DNA of 59,411 nucleotides, filler included, from 4 parts of 4 records of this genome joined end to end with filler, not necessarily neighbours in it, one strand, 5' to 3'; positions 44,419 through 54,695 are shown, numbered from the whole stretch's first letter. The notes: a model not told the origin generated them from the letters alone. A program made the numbers and translations.

Positions 44419-45612
44419 ATGAATGAAGCCGCCGTGTCCAATAGCCACCGCAACATTCAGATTCTGACAGTTGCGCAGGCACTCGGCGGAGCTGGTCCAC
44501 CGATTATCATTACGCTTGGAGGCATTGTCGGCAAGGCGCTTTCAACCGATCCGGCACTCGCTACCATTCCTGTCAGCATCTATAATCTTGGCGTTGCCGC
44601 TGGCACTTTGCCAGCCGCCTGGGTCATGCGTCGCTTTGGCCGCCGCGAGGGTTACATTTTCGGCGCCTTGATCGGCATTCTCGGGGGATTGTTCGCTGCT
44701 GGAGCGATTGCTGCCCAAACATTCGTGCTGTTTTGCATCGGTACCGCACTGGCCGGTTTTTATGGCGCCTATATCCAGAGCTTTCGTTTTGCTGCAACCG
44801 ATTCTGTTACCGGCGACATGAAAGCCCGCGCTATTTCGCGGGTGATGATCGGCGGATTGTTTGCAGCTATCATCGGACCACAGGTCGTGATCTGGACGAG
44901 TGATGCGATACCCGGCATGCCCTATGCCGCCAGTTTTATCGGTCAAGCAGTGCTGGCGCTGGCGACTCTTCTGCTCGTCAGCCGCTTACGTTTTCCAAAA
45001 ACCAACAACACCGAAACGACGGATATAACCGGCGGCCGTCCGCTTGGTGAAATCGCCCGCTCGCCTCGTTTCATCCTGGCAGCAGGCACCGGCATCATTT
45101 CCTATGGATTGATGTCGTTCATCATGACGGCAACACCGCTGGCGATGCTTGCCTGCGGACACAGCGTAGGGCAAGCGACGCTCGGCATTCAATGGCATGT
45201 GCTTGCCATGTTCGGCCCCAGCTTTGTGACCGGCCGACTGATTGCCCGCTTCGGCAAGGAACGCATCGCGGCAACCGGGCTTGCCCTCATCGCCCTTTGC
45301 TCCGTAGTTGCCCTTTCCGGGCTTGGACTGACCCATTTCTGGTTGGCACTTATCCTGCTCGGCGTGGGATGGAATTTCGGCTTCATCGGAGCAACCGCAA
45401 TGATCACCGATTGCCACAGCCCGCAAGAGCGCGGCAAGGTGCAGGGCCTCAATGACTTTCTGGTTTTCGGGTCCGTTGCGTCTGCTTCATTCCTCTCCGG
45501 CGTGATTGTCAATGCTGAGAATGGCTGGAACCTGATGAACTGGCTGGTTTTTCCGGCGGTGCTGATCGTTCTTGTTCCCCTGCTCTTCAAGAAGCGTTCC
45601 GCCGCCGCCTAG
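44419..45612 (+). CDS. MFS transporter
   Basis: ~12 TM helices; RRFGRR, FRFAATD, QWHVLAMFGPSF, ERGKVQGLNDF. Confidence 0.93.
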   Translation: MNEAAVSNSHRNIQILTVAQALGGAGPPIIITLGGIVGKALSTDPALATIPVSIYNLGVAAGTLPAAWVMRRFGRREGYIFGALIGILGGLFAAGAIAAQTFVLFCIGTALAGFYGAYIQSFRFAATDSVTGDMKARAISRVMIGGLFAAIIGPQVVIWTSDAIPGMPYAASFIGQAVLALATLLLVSRLRFPKTNNTETTDITGGRPLGEIARSPRFILAAGTGIISYGLMSFIMTATPLAMLACGHSVGQATLGIQWHVLAMFGPSFVTGRLIARFGKERIAATGLALIALCSVVALSGLGLTHFWLALILLGVGWNFGFIGATAMITDCHSPQERGKVQGLNDFLVFGSVASASFLSGVIVNAENGWNLMNWLVFPAVLIVLVPLLFKKRSAAA

Positions 45613-45902
45613 GCCGCCGTGCGTCCGTTCGGACGCACCAATGACGCCCAACCTATTGAATCTACGAAATCGCGTTTTCCGATCCGGAAATCGTCAACCG
45701 ATGCCTGAATCTGTCGGAAGAGGCGGCCTCCAGACGGCCGCGCCGACGTTTGGTTTGTGCGGCGGCATTTTCACGCGAGATGACATAAATCAAATCACCC
45801 CCATCAGACCTCTGCTACACCCATTGCAACAAAAGGGGATGGGGTTGCGCATTTTGATGGGCGGCAGGACTTGTCTTGCATCGTATCATGTTTGGCGTTA
45901 CA

Positions 45903-45928
45903 GAATTTTCAGTAAAAACTGAAAATTC
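45903..45928. promoter_or_regulatory. Perfect inverted repeat, likely autoregulatory operator of the GbsR-type regulator
   Basis: GAATTTTCAGT-AAAA-ACTGAAAATTC 19 nt upstream of ATG 45948. Confidence 0.7.
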
Positions 45929-45947
45929 AGACATAACAGGACCGTTT

Positions 45948-46022
45948 ATGACTTTGTCGCCGCTTATGCAGGATTTTGTGCTTCACTTCGGGGAAATGGG
46001 CAGCCGCTGGGGCATCAACCGC
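45948..46022 (+). CDS. GbsR/MarR family transcriptional regulator, N-terminal fragment at contig end
   Basis: MTLSPLMQDFVLHFGEMGSRWGINR. Confidence 0.85.
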
Positions 46023-46122
46023 NNNNNNNNNNNNNNNNNNNNNNNNNNNNNNNNNNNNNNNNNNNNTTAATTAATTAANNNNNNNNNNNNNNNNNNNNNN
46101 NNNNNNNNNNNNNNNNNNNNNN
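46023..46122. other. Artificial contig linker
   Basis: N44-TTAATTAATTAA-N44. Confidence 0.99.
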
Positions 46123-46123
46123 G

Positions 46124-46600
46124 ATTTTTGATGAACCTTTCAGTGGTTTTGACCCCATAAATGCCAACATCATCAAAGACGAGATTCTTCAATTAAAGGA
46201 AAACGGAACCTCCATTATTTTTTCCACGCACCGGATGGAATCCGTGGAAGAGCTTTGTGAGTACATTGCCCTTATTCATAAGTCCGAAAAAATCTTGGAT
46301 GGGAAATTGTCGGACATCAAAAAAGCATATAAAAACAATATTTTCAATGTTGGAGTTCAGATGCAAAAGGATCCTAGAGACTTTTTGAAATCCTTGGAGG
46401 AAAAGTTCAATATCCTTTCTTCAGAAATAGACCCCATTGAAAACCAATTGAATTTTAAAGTACAGTTGGCATCGAGGCACACAGGCGATATTTTAACAGA
46501 ACTATCCAAAGTTGCTAACATCAACAGATTTGAAGAGACCATTCCATCTGCTAACGACATATTTATTCAAACCGTAAACAACAAGGACAATGGCAAGTAA
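46124..46600 (+). CDS. ABC transporter ATP-binding protein, 3' part (NatA-like)
   Basis: IFDEPFSGFDP (Walker B/D-loop), IIFSTHRMESVEELC, C-terminal PSANDIFI. Confidence 0.93.
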   Translation: MFDEPFSGFDPINANIIKDEILQLKENGTSIIFSTHRMESVEELCEYIALIHKSEKILDGKLSDIKKAYKNNIFNVGVQMQKDPRDFLKSLEEKFNILSSEIDPIENQLNFKVQLASRHTGDILTELSKVANINRFEETIPSANDIFIQTVNNKDNGK

Positions 46601-47927
46601 ACTTGGGTTGATCATAAAGAGAGAATATTTGGCCAAAGTGCGCAACCGTTCTTTTATTGTTATGACTGTTTTGAGCCCACTTTTAATGGTAGGGATGATT
46701 GTGCTCATTGCTTTTTTGGCCAAAGTAAATGATGACGAAACCAGGGTAGTGAGTGTTTTGAACAAAAGTTCTTTTTTCCAGAGCGAATTCTATCCTTCCA
46801 AAAATATTTCCTACGTGCATATGGATAATTTGACCTTGGAGCAGGCAAAGGATTCAACCAATGCATTGGAATATTATGGACTGCTATACATTCCCGAGGG
46901 GAAAACGGTGGAAGAAGTATCTAGTTCTGCCTATCTTTTTACCAAGGACAATCCCAATACATCGATTACCAAGGAGCTTGAGGATGTTTTTCAAAATCAG
47001 TTAAGGCAAGATAGACTCCAAAAATTGGGGGTCACCTCCGAACAGTTCTCTACGGTAGAAAAACCGTTTGAAATCAACCTCTCCACGTTTGATGGCGAAA
47101 AAAGTATGCGTGGTATCAACGAGATCAAAGCCTTTATCGGAGGCGGATTTGGCTACGCGATCATGATGTTCATTATTATCTACGGAGGTTTTGTGATGCG
47201 TAGCGTTATCGAGGAAAAAACGAGCAGAATCATTGAAGTGATAATTTCTTCAGTGAAACCGTTCCAACTGATGCTCGGTAAGATTATCGGAAATTCCTTG
47301 GCCGGAATCACCCAGTTTTCCATTTGGATCATTTCAGCTTCGGCATTGTTGTTTATGACTGTGCTGATTTTTGGTATTGACCTTAGCGCGCTTTCAAACG
47401 ATGGCATTATGACCCCGGGAGCGGCCGGAATGTCTCAGTTTGGCGGAATGGACAGCGATATGATGATGTACGCCAAGGAAATTTATGATATTCCTTGGGC
47501 CTTGCTCATTGTATCGTTTTTTATCTATTTTGTACTTGGTTACCTTATTTATAGTTCCATTTACGCAGCCATTGGAGCGGCCGTGGATAATGAAACGGAT
47601 ACACAACAATTTATCTTTCCTATTATATTACCTTTAATGTTGGCTATTTATGTCGGGTTCTTTTCCGTTTTTAGCAACCCTCATGGTCCAATAGCTGTAG
47701 GTTTTTCGTTGTTTCCGTTAACATCACCCATTGTTATGCTGATGCGTTTGCCAGGGGGGATAGGTGAAGGAGGAGTGCCTTTGTGGCAGTTTTTGTTGTC
47801 CGTTTTTCTATTGATCGTTACCTTTTTGGGTATTGTATCCCTAGCGGCAAAGATTTACCGAACAGGTATTTTAATGTATGGAAAAAAGCCAACGTATAAA
47901 GAATTGATAAAATGGTTGAGATATTAG
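46590..47927 (+). CDS. ABC-2 type permease (NatB-like)
   Basis: IIKREYLAKVR, VMRSVIEEKTSRIIEVIISSVKPFQLMLGKI, KIYRTGILMYGKK. Confidence 0.93.
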   Translation: MASKLGLIIKREYLAKVRNRSFIVMTVLSPLLMVGMIVLIAFLAKVNDDETRVVSVLNKSSFFQSEFYPSKNISYVHMDNLTLEQAKDSTNALEYYGLLYIPEGKTVEEVSSSAYLFTKDNPNTSITKELEDVFQNQLRQDRLQKLGVTSEQFSTVEKPFEINLSTFDGEKSMRGINEIKAFIGGGFGYAIMMFIIIYGGFVMRSVIEEKTSRIIEVIISSVKPFQLMLGKIIGNSLAGITQFSIWIISASALLFMTVLIFGIDLSALSNDGIMTPGAAGMSQFGGMDSDMMMYAKEIYDIPWALLIVSFFIYFVLGYLIYSSIYAAIGAAVDNETDTQQFIFPIILPLMLAIYVGFFSVFSNPHGPIAVGFSLFPLTSPIVMLMRLPGGIGEGGVPLWQFLLSVFLLIVTFLGIVSLAAKIYRTGILMYGKKPTYKELIKWLRY

Positions 47928-47933
47928 AATAGT

Positions 47934-48821
47934 ATGCAAGACGGTGCAGAAGAAATAAAAGAAATAATCACCGAGGATCTCTGGGGGTCCATAAAGGATT
48001 TTTTGGATCTTGGGTTCCATATTGGCACTGGGGACAAATCCATAGATCTTACCATTGGGCTTTTGTTATTATTAACGGTTACCATTGTGGTGACAAAGTT
48101 CTTGTTAAAGTGGTTGCGCTTGATATTTACGCGCAAAATGGAGCAAGAGGACAAGCATAAGTTTACCAGTGTCTTTAAGTTCATCAACTATGTGATTTAC
48201 CTTATTGCCGTTTTAGTGACCCTAAGTGCGGCGGGGGTGGACATAACCTTGGTAATTACGGCATCCGCAGCACTGTTTGTTGGTTTGGGTCTTGCTTTAC
48301 AGGAATTGTTCAAGGATATTCTTGGAGGTATTTTTATTATAGTTGATAAGTCCCTACAGGTTGGTGATGTAGTAGAGGTCGATGGTAAAGTAGGCAAGGT
48401 GTTCGAGATTAAACTCCGAACCACAAGGGCAATAACCCGGGACGACAAAGTATTGATTCTTCCCAACCATAAATTTATCAGCGATATTGTTTACAACTAT
48501 ACGCAAAACCATAGAACCACCCGAGAGAAAGTAACTGTCGGTGTTGCCTACGGTAGTGATGTCGACCTTGTGACCAAAATCTTGGAAGAGGTGGCCAATA
48601 CACAAAAGCAAGTACTCAAGAATCCAAAACCCTTTGTTCTGTTCGAGGATTTTGGGGATTCCGCATTGGTTTTCTCCATTTATTTTTTTACGAATGATAC
48701 CTTTAGGGACCCGCGCATAAAAAGTGAGATGCGCTATAAAATAAATACCAAATTCAAAGAAAACAACGTTAGTATACCGTTCCCACAACGAGATATACAT
48801 ATTATTCAGCCCAAACAATAA
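47934..48821 (+). CDS. Small-conductance mechanosensitive channel (MscS family)
   Basis: GLGLALQELF, VGDVVEV, LILPN, VGVAYGSD, FGDSAL, IPFPQRDIH. Confidence 0.95.
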   Translation: MQDGAEEIKEIITEDLWGSIKDFLDLGFHIGTGDKSIDLTIGLLLLLTVTIVVTKFLLKWLRLIFTRKMEQEDKHKFTSVFKFINYVIYLIAVLVTLSAAGVDITLVITASAALFVGLGLALQELFKDILGGIFIIVDKSLQVGDVVEVDGKVGKVFEIKLRTTRAITRDDKVLILPNHKFISDIVYNYTQNHRTTREKVTVGVAYGSDVDLVTKILEEVANTQKQVLKNPKPFVLFEDFGDSALVFSIYFFTNDTFRDPRIKSEMRYKINTKFKENNVSIPFPQRDIHIIQPKQ

Positions 48822-48826
48822 AAGAC

Positions 48827-49723
48827 ATAAAAAAATCAAGTCACCATACTACAATTTGGAAGTGGTTCGCTTTCGTTGTAATACTTTGTAGCCAAAGCCT
48901 ATTGGCACAAAGCACGGATATTTTTAGATTGGAATACCTAAACATACCAGAAAATGAAAGTGGAGTAAAGACCCAACGGTACAAAGCCCTCCTCAATGTT
49001 CCAATAAAACTCAACGAAAAGGATGAATATTTGGCCATAGGTGGTGAATATAACCGTTTTGATATGGGATATACTGCCGATCTTCCTTTTGATAAGAAGG
49101 AGATGATCAGGTTCCATATCATTGATTTCAATTTGGGGTTGATAAAAAAATGGAACGAAGATTGGAACTTGGTGACAATCTTGACCCCGCGCATTGCATC
49201 CAATCTGTTGGATGGGATAATTATGGAAGATTTTTTTATGAATGCCTCGGCGGCCTTTTGGAAAGAGAAACCGAAGGCGGATAAGCCTTTTAGGATCGTT
49301 TTGGGATTAACCTATAATAGCACTGCAGGAGTTCCAGTGCCATTACCCCTTATACATTATTATAGAAGGTTTCATCCAGATTGGTCGTTTGTACTGGGGG
49401 TGCCAAAATCCAACCTAAAATATCATCTGGATAAAAAGCACAGTTTTGAGTTGGCATCGTTCTTGGATGGTTATTTTATGAATTTGCAAAACGATATTGT
49501 TTTGGATAATGGATCGGTAGCATCACGGATATCGTTTAATACATTGGTCGGGAGTTTGGGATATCAGTATAATGTTACGGAAAGTATTTCCTTTTTTGCA
49601 ATAGCAGGGACTACCCTGATACAAGAAGGAAAATTACGGAACAAAGAAAGAGGAGAAGTATTTTTGTTCAATAAAGACCCAAATTTTTATATTAGGACAG
49701 GCTTCAAGATCGGAATATTTTAA
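48827..49723 (+). CDS. Outer-membrane beta-barrel protein (DUF6268-like); start codon non-canonical or uncertain
   Basis: Frame open from 48773; signal-like IWKWFAFVVILCSQSLLA-QSTD upstream of the called TTG; beta-strand pattern; C-terminal Phe (GFKIGIF). Confidence 0.75.
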   Translation: MKKSSHHTTIWKWFAFVVILCSQSLLAQSTDIFRLEYLNIPENESGVKTQRYKALLNVPIKLNEKDEYLAIGGEYNRFDMGYTADLPFDKKEMIRFHIIDFNLGLIKKWNEDWNLVTILTPRIASNLLDGIIMEDFFMNASAAFWKEKPKADKPFRIVLGLTYNSTAGVPVPLPLIHYYRRFHPDWSFVLGVPKSNLKYHLDKKHSFELASFLDGYFMNLQNDIVLDNGSVASRISFNTLVGSLGYQYNVTESISFFAIAGTTLIQEGKLRNKERGEVFLFNKDPNFYIRTGFKIGIF

Positions 49724-49734
49724 AAAAGCAGCAT

Positions 49735-50898
49735 ATGTCAAAAATTTTGGTAATAGAAGATGAATCGGCAATTAGAAGAGTATTGGTTAAAATACTGGCC
49801 GAAGAGAACGATAGCTACAATGTGGTAGAAGCAGAGGATGGCCTAGCAGGAATAGATGTTATCAAAAAAGAAGATTTTGACCTTGTGCTCTGTGACATCA
49901 AAATGCCAAAAATGGATGGGGTAGAAGTTCTTGAAGCTGCCAAAAAAATAAAGCCAGAGATACCTTTTATCATGATATCGGGCCATGGTGACCTGGATAC
50001 GGCAGTGAATACCATGAGGTTGGGAGCCTACGATTACATCTCCAAACCGCCAGATTTGAACCGATTGCTTACCACCGTAAGGAATGCTTTGGACAGAAAG
50101 GAATTGGCAGTTGAGAACAAGGTGCTCAAGAAAAAGATTTCCAAGAATTACGAAATGATCGGAGAGAGCAAGGAAATCGAAGCGATAAAAGAAATGATAG
50201 AAAAGGTGGCGCCTACCGATGCACGTGTTTTGATTACAGGTTCCAACGGAACAGGTAAGGAACTGGTGGCACATTGGGTCCACGAAAAAAGCCCACGTTC
50301 ATCATCCCCTTTTGTAGAAGTAAACTGTGCAGCAATTCCTTCTGAATTGATAGAGAGTGAATTGTTCGGTCACGTGAAAGGGGCATTTACTTCAGCCGTT
50401 AAAGATCGTGCAGGCAAATTTGAAGCCGCCAATAAAGGAACCATCTTTTTGGACGAGATCGGGGATATGAGCCTTTCGGCGCAGGCCAAGGTGCTAAGGG
50501 CATTGCAGGAGAACAAGATTTCGCGTGTTGGTTCCGATAAGGATATTAAAGTCGATGTTCGTGTATTGGCCGCGACCAACAAAGATCTAAAGAAGGAAAT
50601 AGAAGAGGGAAAGTTCCGAGAAGACCTATACCACCGTTTAGCAGTAATTTTGATAAAGGTCCCCGCCTTGAACGAAAGGCGTAATGACATTCCTTTGCTC
50701 ATAGAACATTTTTCTACAAAAATCGCTGCAGAACAGGGTACAGGACAAAAGAGTTTTTCCAAAAAAGCCGTGGAATTGCTCAAAAGTTATGATTGGACCG
50801 GGAACGTTCGTGAACTTCGTAACGTAGTGGAGCGATTGATCATATTGGGCGGGAAGGAAGTGTCGGAAGAGGATGTAAAGCTGTTCGCCAGTAAATAA
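49735..50898 (+). CDS. Sigma-54-interaction (NtrC-family) response regulator without obvious C-terminal HTH
   Basis: REC (LCDIKMPKMDG); GSNGTGKE, ESELFGHVKGAFTSA, FLDEIG, WTGNVRELRN. Confidence 0.95.
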   Translation: MSKILVIEDESAIRRVLVKILAEENDSYNVVEAEDGLAGIDVIKKEDFDLVLCDIKMPKMDGVEVLEAAKKIKPEIPFIMISGHGDLDTAVNTMRLGAYDYISKPPDLNRLLTTVRNALDRKELAVENKVLKKKISKNYEMIGESKEIEAIKEMIEKVAPTDARVLITGSNGTGKELVAHWVHEKSPRSSSPFVEVNCAAIPSELIESELFGHVKGAFTSAVKDRAGKFEAANKGTIFLDEIGDMSLSAQAKVLRALQENKISRVGSDKDIKVDVRVLAATNKDLKKEIEEGKFREDLYHRLAVILIKVPALNERRNDIPLLIEHFSTKIAAEQGTGQKSFSKKAVELLKSYDWTGNVRELRNVVERLIILGGKEVSEEDVKLFASK

Positions 50899-51609
50899 TC
50901 AATTACAATTTCCAAGGCTATCCAATGCCTCTTTTGCCAAAGTTTTTACCCTTTGGTGGTATTCCTTTTTGTGTTGGGATAAATTGGTGTTCAACAACGT
51001 CAGCCGTGCTTCTTCATAAATGTTGGTAACGAACCTACGTGCATCTTTACAATCCACATCAGAAACTACTTTGTCCAAGGAAGATTGAAAACTCAATAAG
51101 CACTGGTGAACTTGTTTTTTTATGGATGCACCTTGGGTAAGCATCATACCATGATTGAAATCAAGTACATCTGTAGTGTTCATAACCAGTACATTGCTTC
51201 CGTAATCGCTGGATGTTTCCTGTTCAAACTCTTTAAGAACATTGATGCCAATAATAGTGCGTTCCAAGGCTTTGTGTAAAACCAATTTCGATTTGGCCAG
51301 GACATTAGCTTTGGTAGCTGTTTTTAAATAATCCTGCGTCAATTCCAGACTTTCTATAGCTCCCTCGCAACCGCAGTCCAAGAAATTGTCCTTGGTTTTT
51401 TCAATGCCGTTCAGGGCTTTGTAAGCATGATATTTGGCCATGTTTAAATCGTCGGCCATCACCGCATCCTCAATCTTGTTTTTAATGTATTCTATGTTGG
51501 AACTTGCATATTCACAAGCATTTGCAGGGGTGGTAAAGGAAGCCATAAGCCATAGAATAAGCAAGCCGATGACAAAGACTACAAGTAGGATAATCTTATT
51601 GTTTTTCAT
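50899..51609 (-). CDS. Hypothetical protein, N-terminal membrane anchor, helical with Cys pairs
   Basis: 236-aa ORF with hydrophobic N-terminus. Confidence 0.7.
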   Translation of the reverse strand: MKNNKIILLVVFVIGLLILWLMASFTTPANACEYASSNIEYIKNKIEDAVMADDLNMAKYHAYKALNGIEKTKDNFLDCGCEGAIESLELTQDYLKTATKANVLAKSKLVLHKALERTIIGINVLKEFEQETSSDYGSNVLVMNTTDVLDFNHGMMLTQGASIKKQVHQCLLSFQSSLDKVVSDVDCKDARRFVTNIYEEARLTLLNTNLSQHKKEYHQRVKTLAKEALDSLGNCN

Positions 51610-51792
51610 AACGCTTTAGGATTTGGGACTTTGCGTATTGATTTCCATAAAGTTACATTTTCATGGTTTTGAAGGGCAAATAGATCGATTAAATAACCAT
51701 CTTAAGGTATAAGAGGTAAAAGTATCGATGAATTACATCTTTAAGTTATGGTTGGGTTGAATGAGTAGTCAAAATGAATTATATTCAATCCT

Positions 51793-52677
51793 ATGAAAGA
51801 AATCAATACAGAGGATTATAGAGTGACCGGCAAAGAAAAGTTGTCCGAAATAGATACCTACGAGGACTTTAACGAATCCGAGAAGAAGCTTAAAAAGGAG
51901 TTGAAAAATATCAGAAAAGACCTTGGGGATTTTCAAGATACACTCTATGCCCATGGAAAATATGGGGTCCTCGTCTGTTTGCAGGGAATGGATACTGCGG
52001 GCAAGGATAGCTTGATTAGGGAAGTGTTCAAAGATTTTAATGTTAGGGGAGTGGTAGTGCATAGCTTCAAAGTGCCATCAACTAAAGAGAAAAAGCACGA
52101 TTATCTTTGGCGACACTACGTTGCTTTGCCCGAAAGAGGAAAATTCTCTGTGTTTAACCGAACACACTATGAGAATGTTTTGGTCACCAAGGTGCATCCT
52201 GAATATATTTTGGGCGAGAACATTCCAAAGATTGATTCGGTAGAGGATATTGATGATGAGTTTTGGGAAAAACGTTACAATCAAATCAATGATTTTGAAA
52301 AGCATATCTCCGATAATGGAACCATAATTTTTAAATTTTTCCTTCACTTATCCAAAGAGGAACAACGACAGCGTCTTTTACGAAGAATTGAATTAAAACA
52401 AAAGAATTGGAAATTTTCGCCAGGCGACCTTGAGGAACGAAAACTTTGGGATAAATATCGGGCTTGCTATGAGGAAGCCCTGATCAAAACTTCAAAGGAA
52501 CATGCGCCATGGTTCGTAATTCCAGCGGACAATAAAAGTGCGGCTCGTTTAATTGTGGCCTCCATAATGATGGAAGCGTTAAAAAAGTACAAAGATATAG
52601 AGGAACCTGAGCTGGACGATGAAATAAAGGCTAATTTAGAAACCTTTAAACAAGAACTGGAAAAAGAAACTACATGA
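51793..52677 (+). CDS. ppk2: Polyphosphate kinase 2 family (class III-like)
   Basis: CLQGMDTAGKDS, HDYLWRH, FNRTHYENVL, KNWKFS, APWFVIPADNK. Confidence 0.95.
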   Translation: MKEINTEDYRVTGKEKLSEIDTYEDFNESEKKLKKELKNIRKDLGDFQDTLYAHGKYGVLVCLQGMDTAGKDSLIREVFKDFNVRGVVVHSFKVPSTKEKKHDYLWRHYVALPERGKFSVFNRTHYENVLVTKVHPEYILGENIPKIDSVEDIDDEFWEKRYNQINDFEKHISDNGTIIFKFFLHLSKEEQRQRLLRRIELKQKNWKFSPGDLEERKLWDKYRACYEEALIKTSKEHAPWFVIPADNKSAARLIVASIMMEALKKYKDIEEPELDDEIKANLETFKQELEKETT

Positions 52678-54071
52678 GAACTGTTCTGATACTGGCCTTT
52701 TTGTTGGTCAGCACACCCTTTTTTTCTCAAACTGAAGACGAAAAGCAATTAAAAGCAATTTATGATGAAGCATTGACCAATGGTAAGGCATACGATTGGC
52801 TCAACTATTTGTCCAATCAAATTGGTGGGCGGCTTTCCGGGTCCGTGCAGGCGCAGCAGGCGGTCGACTATACAAAGGCTCAATTGGACTCTCTGGGACT
52901 TGACAAGGTTTGGTTACAGCCGGTAATGGTTCCTAAATGGGTGAGGGGAGTTCCTGAGTTTGCATATATCGAAAACAAGCCAGGATTAACCACCAATGTG
53001 CCCATTTGCGCACTTGGCGGTTCTGTGGCAACACCCTCCGGGGGATTAAAAGCTAGTGTAATCGAGGTAAATGGAATTGAAGACCTTGAGAAACTTGGGA
53101 GAGACAAAATCGCAGGAAAAATAGTTTTCTACAATCGCCCAATGGATCCTACCATGATCAACACCTTTTCTGCCTATTCAGGATGTGTGGACCAACGCTA
53201 TTCAGGTGCGGCTGAGGCTGGAAAATATGGTGCCCTTGGTGTGATTGTTCGCTCTATGAACCTTCGTTTGGACGATTATCCGCACACCGGCTCCATGGGA
53301 TATGGTGATACTCCAGTAGATAAGCGTATACCGGCGGCGGCAATCAGTACCAATGGTGCAGATTTGTTGAGTGCGACCATTAAATTGAATCCGAATGCCA
53401 AGTTTTACTTTAAACAAAACTGTAAGCAGCTTGAAGATGTACAGTCATACAATGTTATCGGAGAAATTACAGGCAGTGAATATCCCAAAGAGATTATGGT
53501 TGTAGGAGGTCACTTGGATTCTTGGGATTTGGGTGACGGTTCGCACGACGATGGTGCAGGCTGTGTTCAAAGTATGGATGTTCTAAGGCTGTTAAAAGAA
53601 ACAGGCTATAAACCAAAACGTACTTTGCGCGTGGTGCTGTTCATGAACGAGGAAAACGGTATGCGAGGCGGTAATAAGTATGCCGAGGTGGCTCGAAATA
53701 AAGGAGAAGACCACATATTTGCTTTGGAAAGTGATTCAGGAGGCTTCACTCCAAGAGGTTTTTCCATAGACGCTTCCGAAGAAAACCTAAAGCAGATCCA
53801 AGGATGGCGAGACTTATTCGAGCCGTATTTGATTCATATGTTTTATGAAGGCGGCAGTGGTGCGGATATAGGGCCATTAAAGGAGGAAGGAATGGTCTTG
53901 GCCGGACTCAGACCTGACAGCCAACGCTATTTTGATCATCACCATGCGGAAAATGATACTTTTGAGCATGTGAACAAGCGCGAATTGGAACTTGGTGCTG
54001 CTACCATGGCCAGCCTTGTTTATCTTATCGATAAATACGGTACGGTTCCTGTGAAAAAAATCAAGGGATAA
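52674..54071 (+). CDS. Secreted M28 metallopeptidase (carboxypeptidase Q-like) with PA domain
   Basis: Signal peptide; GGHLDSWD, HDDGAG, FMNEENG, ESDSG, YFDHHH. Confidence 0.93.
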   Translation: MRTVLILAFLLVSTPFFSQTEDEKQLKAIYDEALTNGKAYDWLNYLSNQIGGRLSGSVQAQQAVDYTKAQLDSLGLDKVWLQPVMVPKWVRGVPEFAYIENKPGLTTNVPICALGGSVATPSGGLKASVIEVNGIEDLEKLGRDKIAGKIVFYNRPMDPTMINTFSAYSGCVDQRYSGAAEAGKYGALGVIVRSMNLRLDDYPHTGSMGYGDTPVDKRIPAAAISTNGADLLSATIKLNPNAKFYFKQNCKQLEDVQSYNVIGEITGSEYPKEIMVVGGHLDSWDLGDGSHDDGAGCVQSMDVLRLLKETGYKPKRTLRVVLFMNEENGMRGGNKYAEVARNKGEDHIFALESDSGGFTPRGFSIDASEENLKQIQGWRDLFEPYLIHMFYEGGSGADIGPLKEEGMVLAGLRPDSQRYFDHHHAENDTFEHVNKRELELGAATMASLVYLIDKYGTVPVKKIKG

Positions 54072-54134
54072 AAGATAAAACTAAAATTAAGCAGTTTAAT
54101 CACTATGTTTGAACGGTTTTCTTTTTGGTAAGAA

Positions 54135-54695
54135 TTACGCTTTGCTGGCTTTTCTCATTCGTTTTGGTCCGTACCAAAGCCAAAAACCGGTTACGGTAAA
54201 AATAAATAGGGAAACGCCCATTACAGTTGTATAAACCAATTTAATATACCCATTGGAGCCTAGATAATCGTCCACAATAGAGCCATCGTGAACGTTTTCC
54301 AAAAAATCAGACCGTCTTTTTCCGATGGAGAGTACATTGCCATTAGCACCATCCAACTGGATTTCATAAAAGGAGTCGACAAAAATAAATTTTACAGAGC
54401 CCTTTTCCTTTCTAATATCAATACGATCAACTTCAAAAGTTCTGTCCCTAAACTCATTTTGAATTGTATTGATGGCTATGGTATGAAGACTGTCAACGGG
54501 CAGCCATTTTTTTAGGTCGGCAGTTGTACCTTTTTGTGTCTTGGGGAGAATATATCCGTTGGAATTCTTTTTCCATCCCAAGATGAGTCCGGATATAGAA
54601 ATAAAAAAGAAAAAAATGAATAATAATGCTCCTGTGGTTCGGTGTACTTTTCTAAATATGCGTAATACTTTGGCTTGCTTCTTCCTTTTGCCCAT
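54135..54695 (-). CDS. PepSY-associated TM helix protein
   Basis: RKVHRTTG...ISGLILGW, ENVHDGS, TGFWLWYGPKR. Confidence 0.85.
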   Translation of the reverse strand: MGKRKKQAKVLRIFRKVHRTTGALLFIFFFFISISGLILGWKKNSNGYILPKTQKGTTADLKKWLPVDSLHTIAINTIQNEFRDRTFEVDRIDIRKEKGSVKFIFVDSFYEIQLDGANGNVLSIGKRRSDFLENVHDGSIVDDYLGSNGYIKLVYTTVMGVSLFIFTVTGFWLWYGPKRMRKASKA

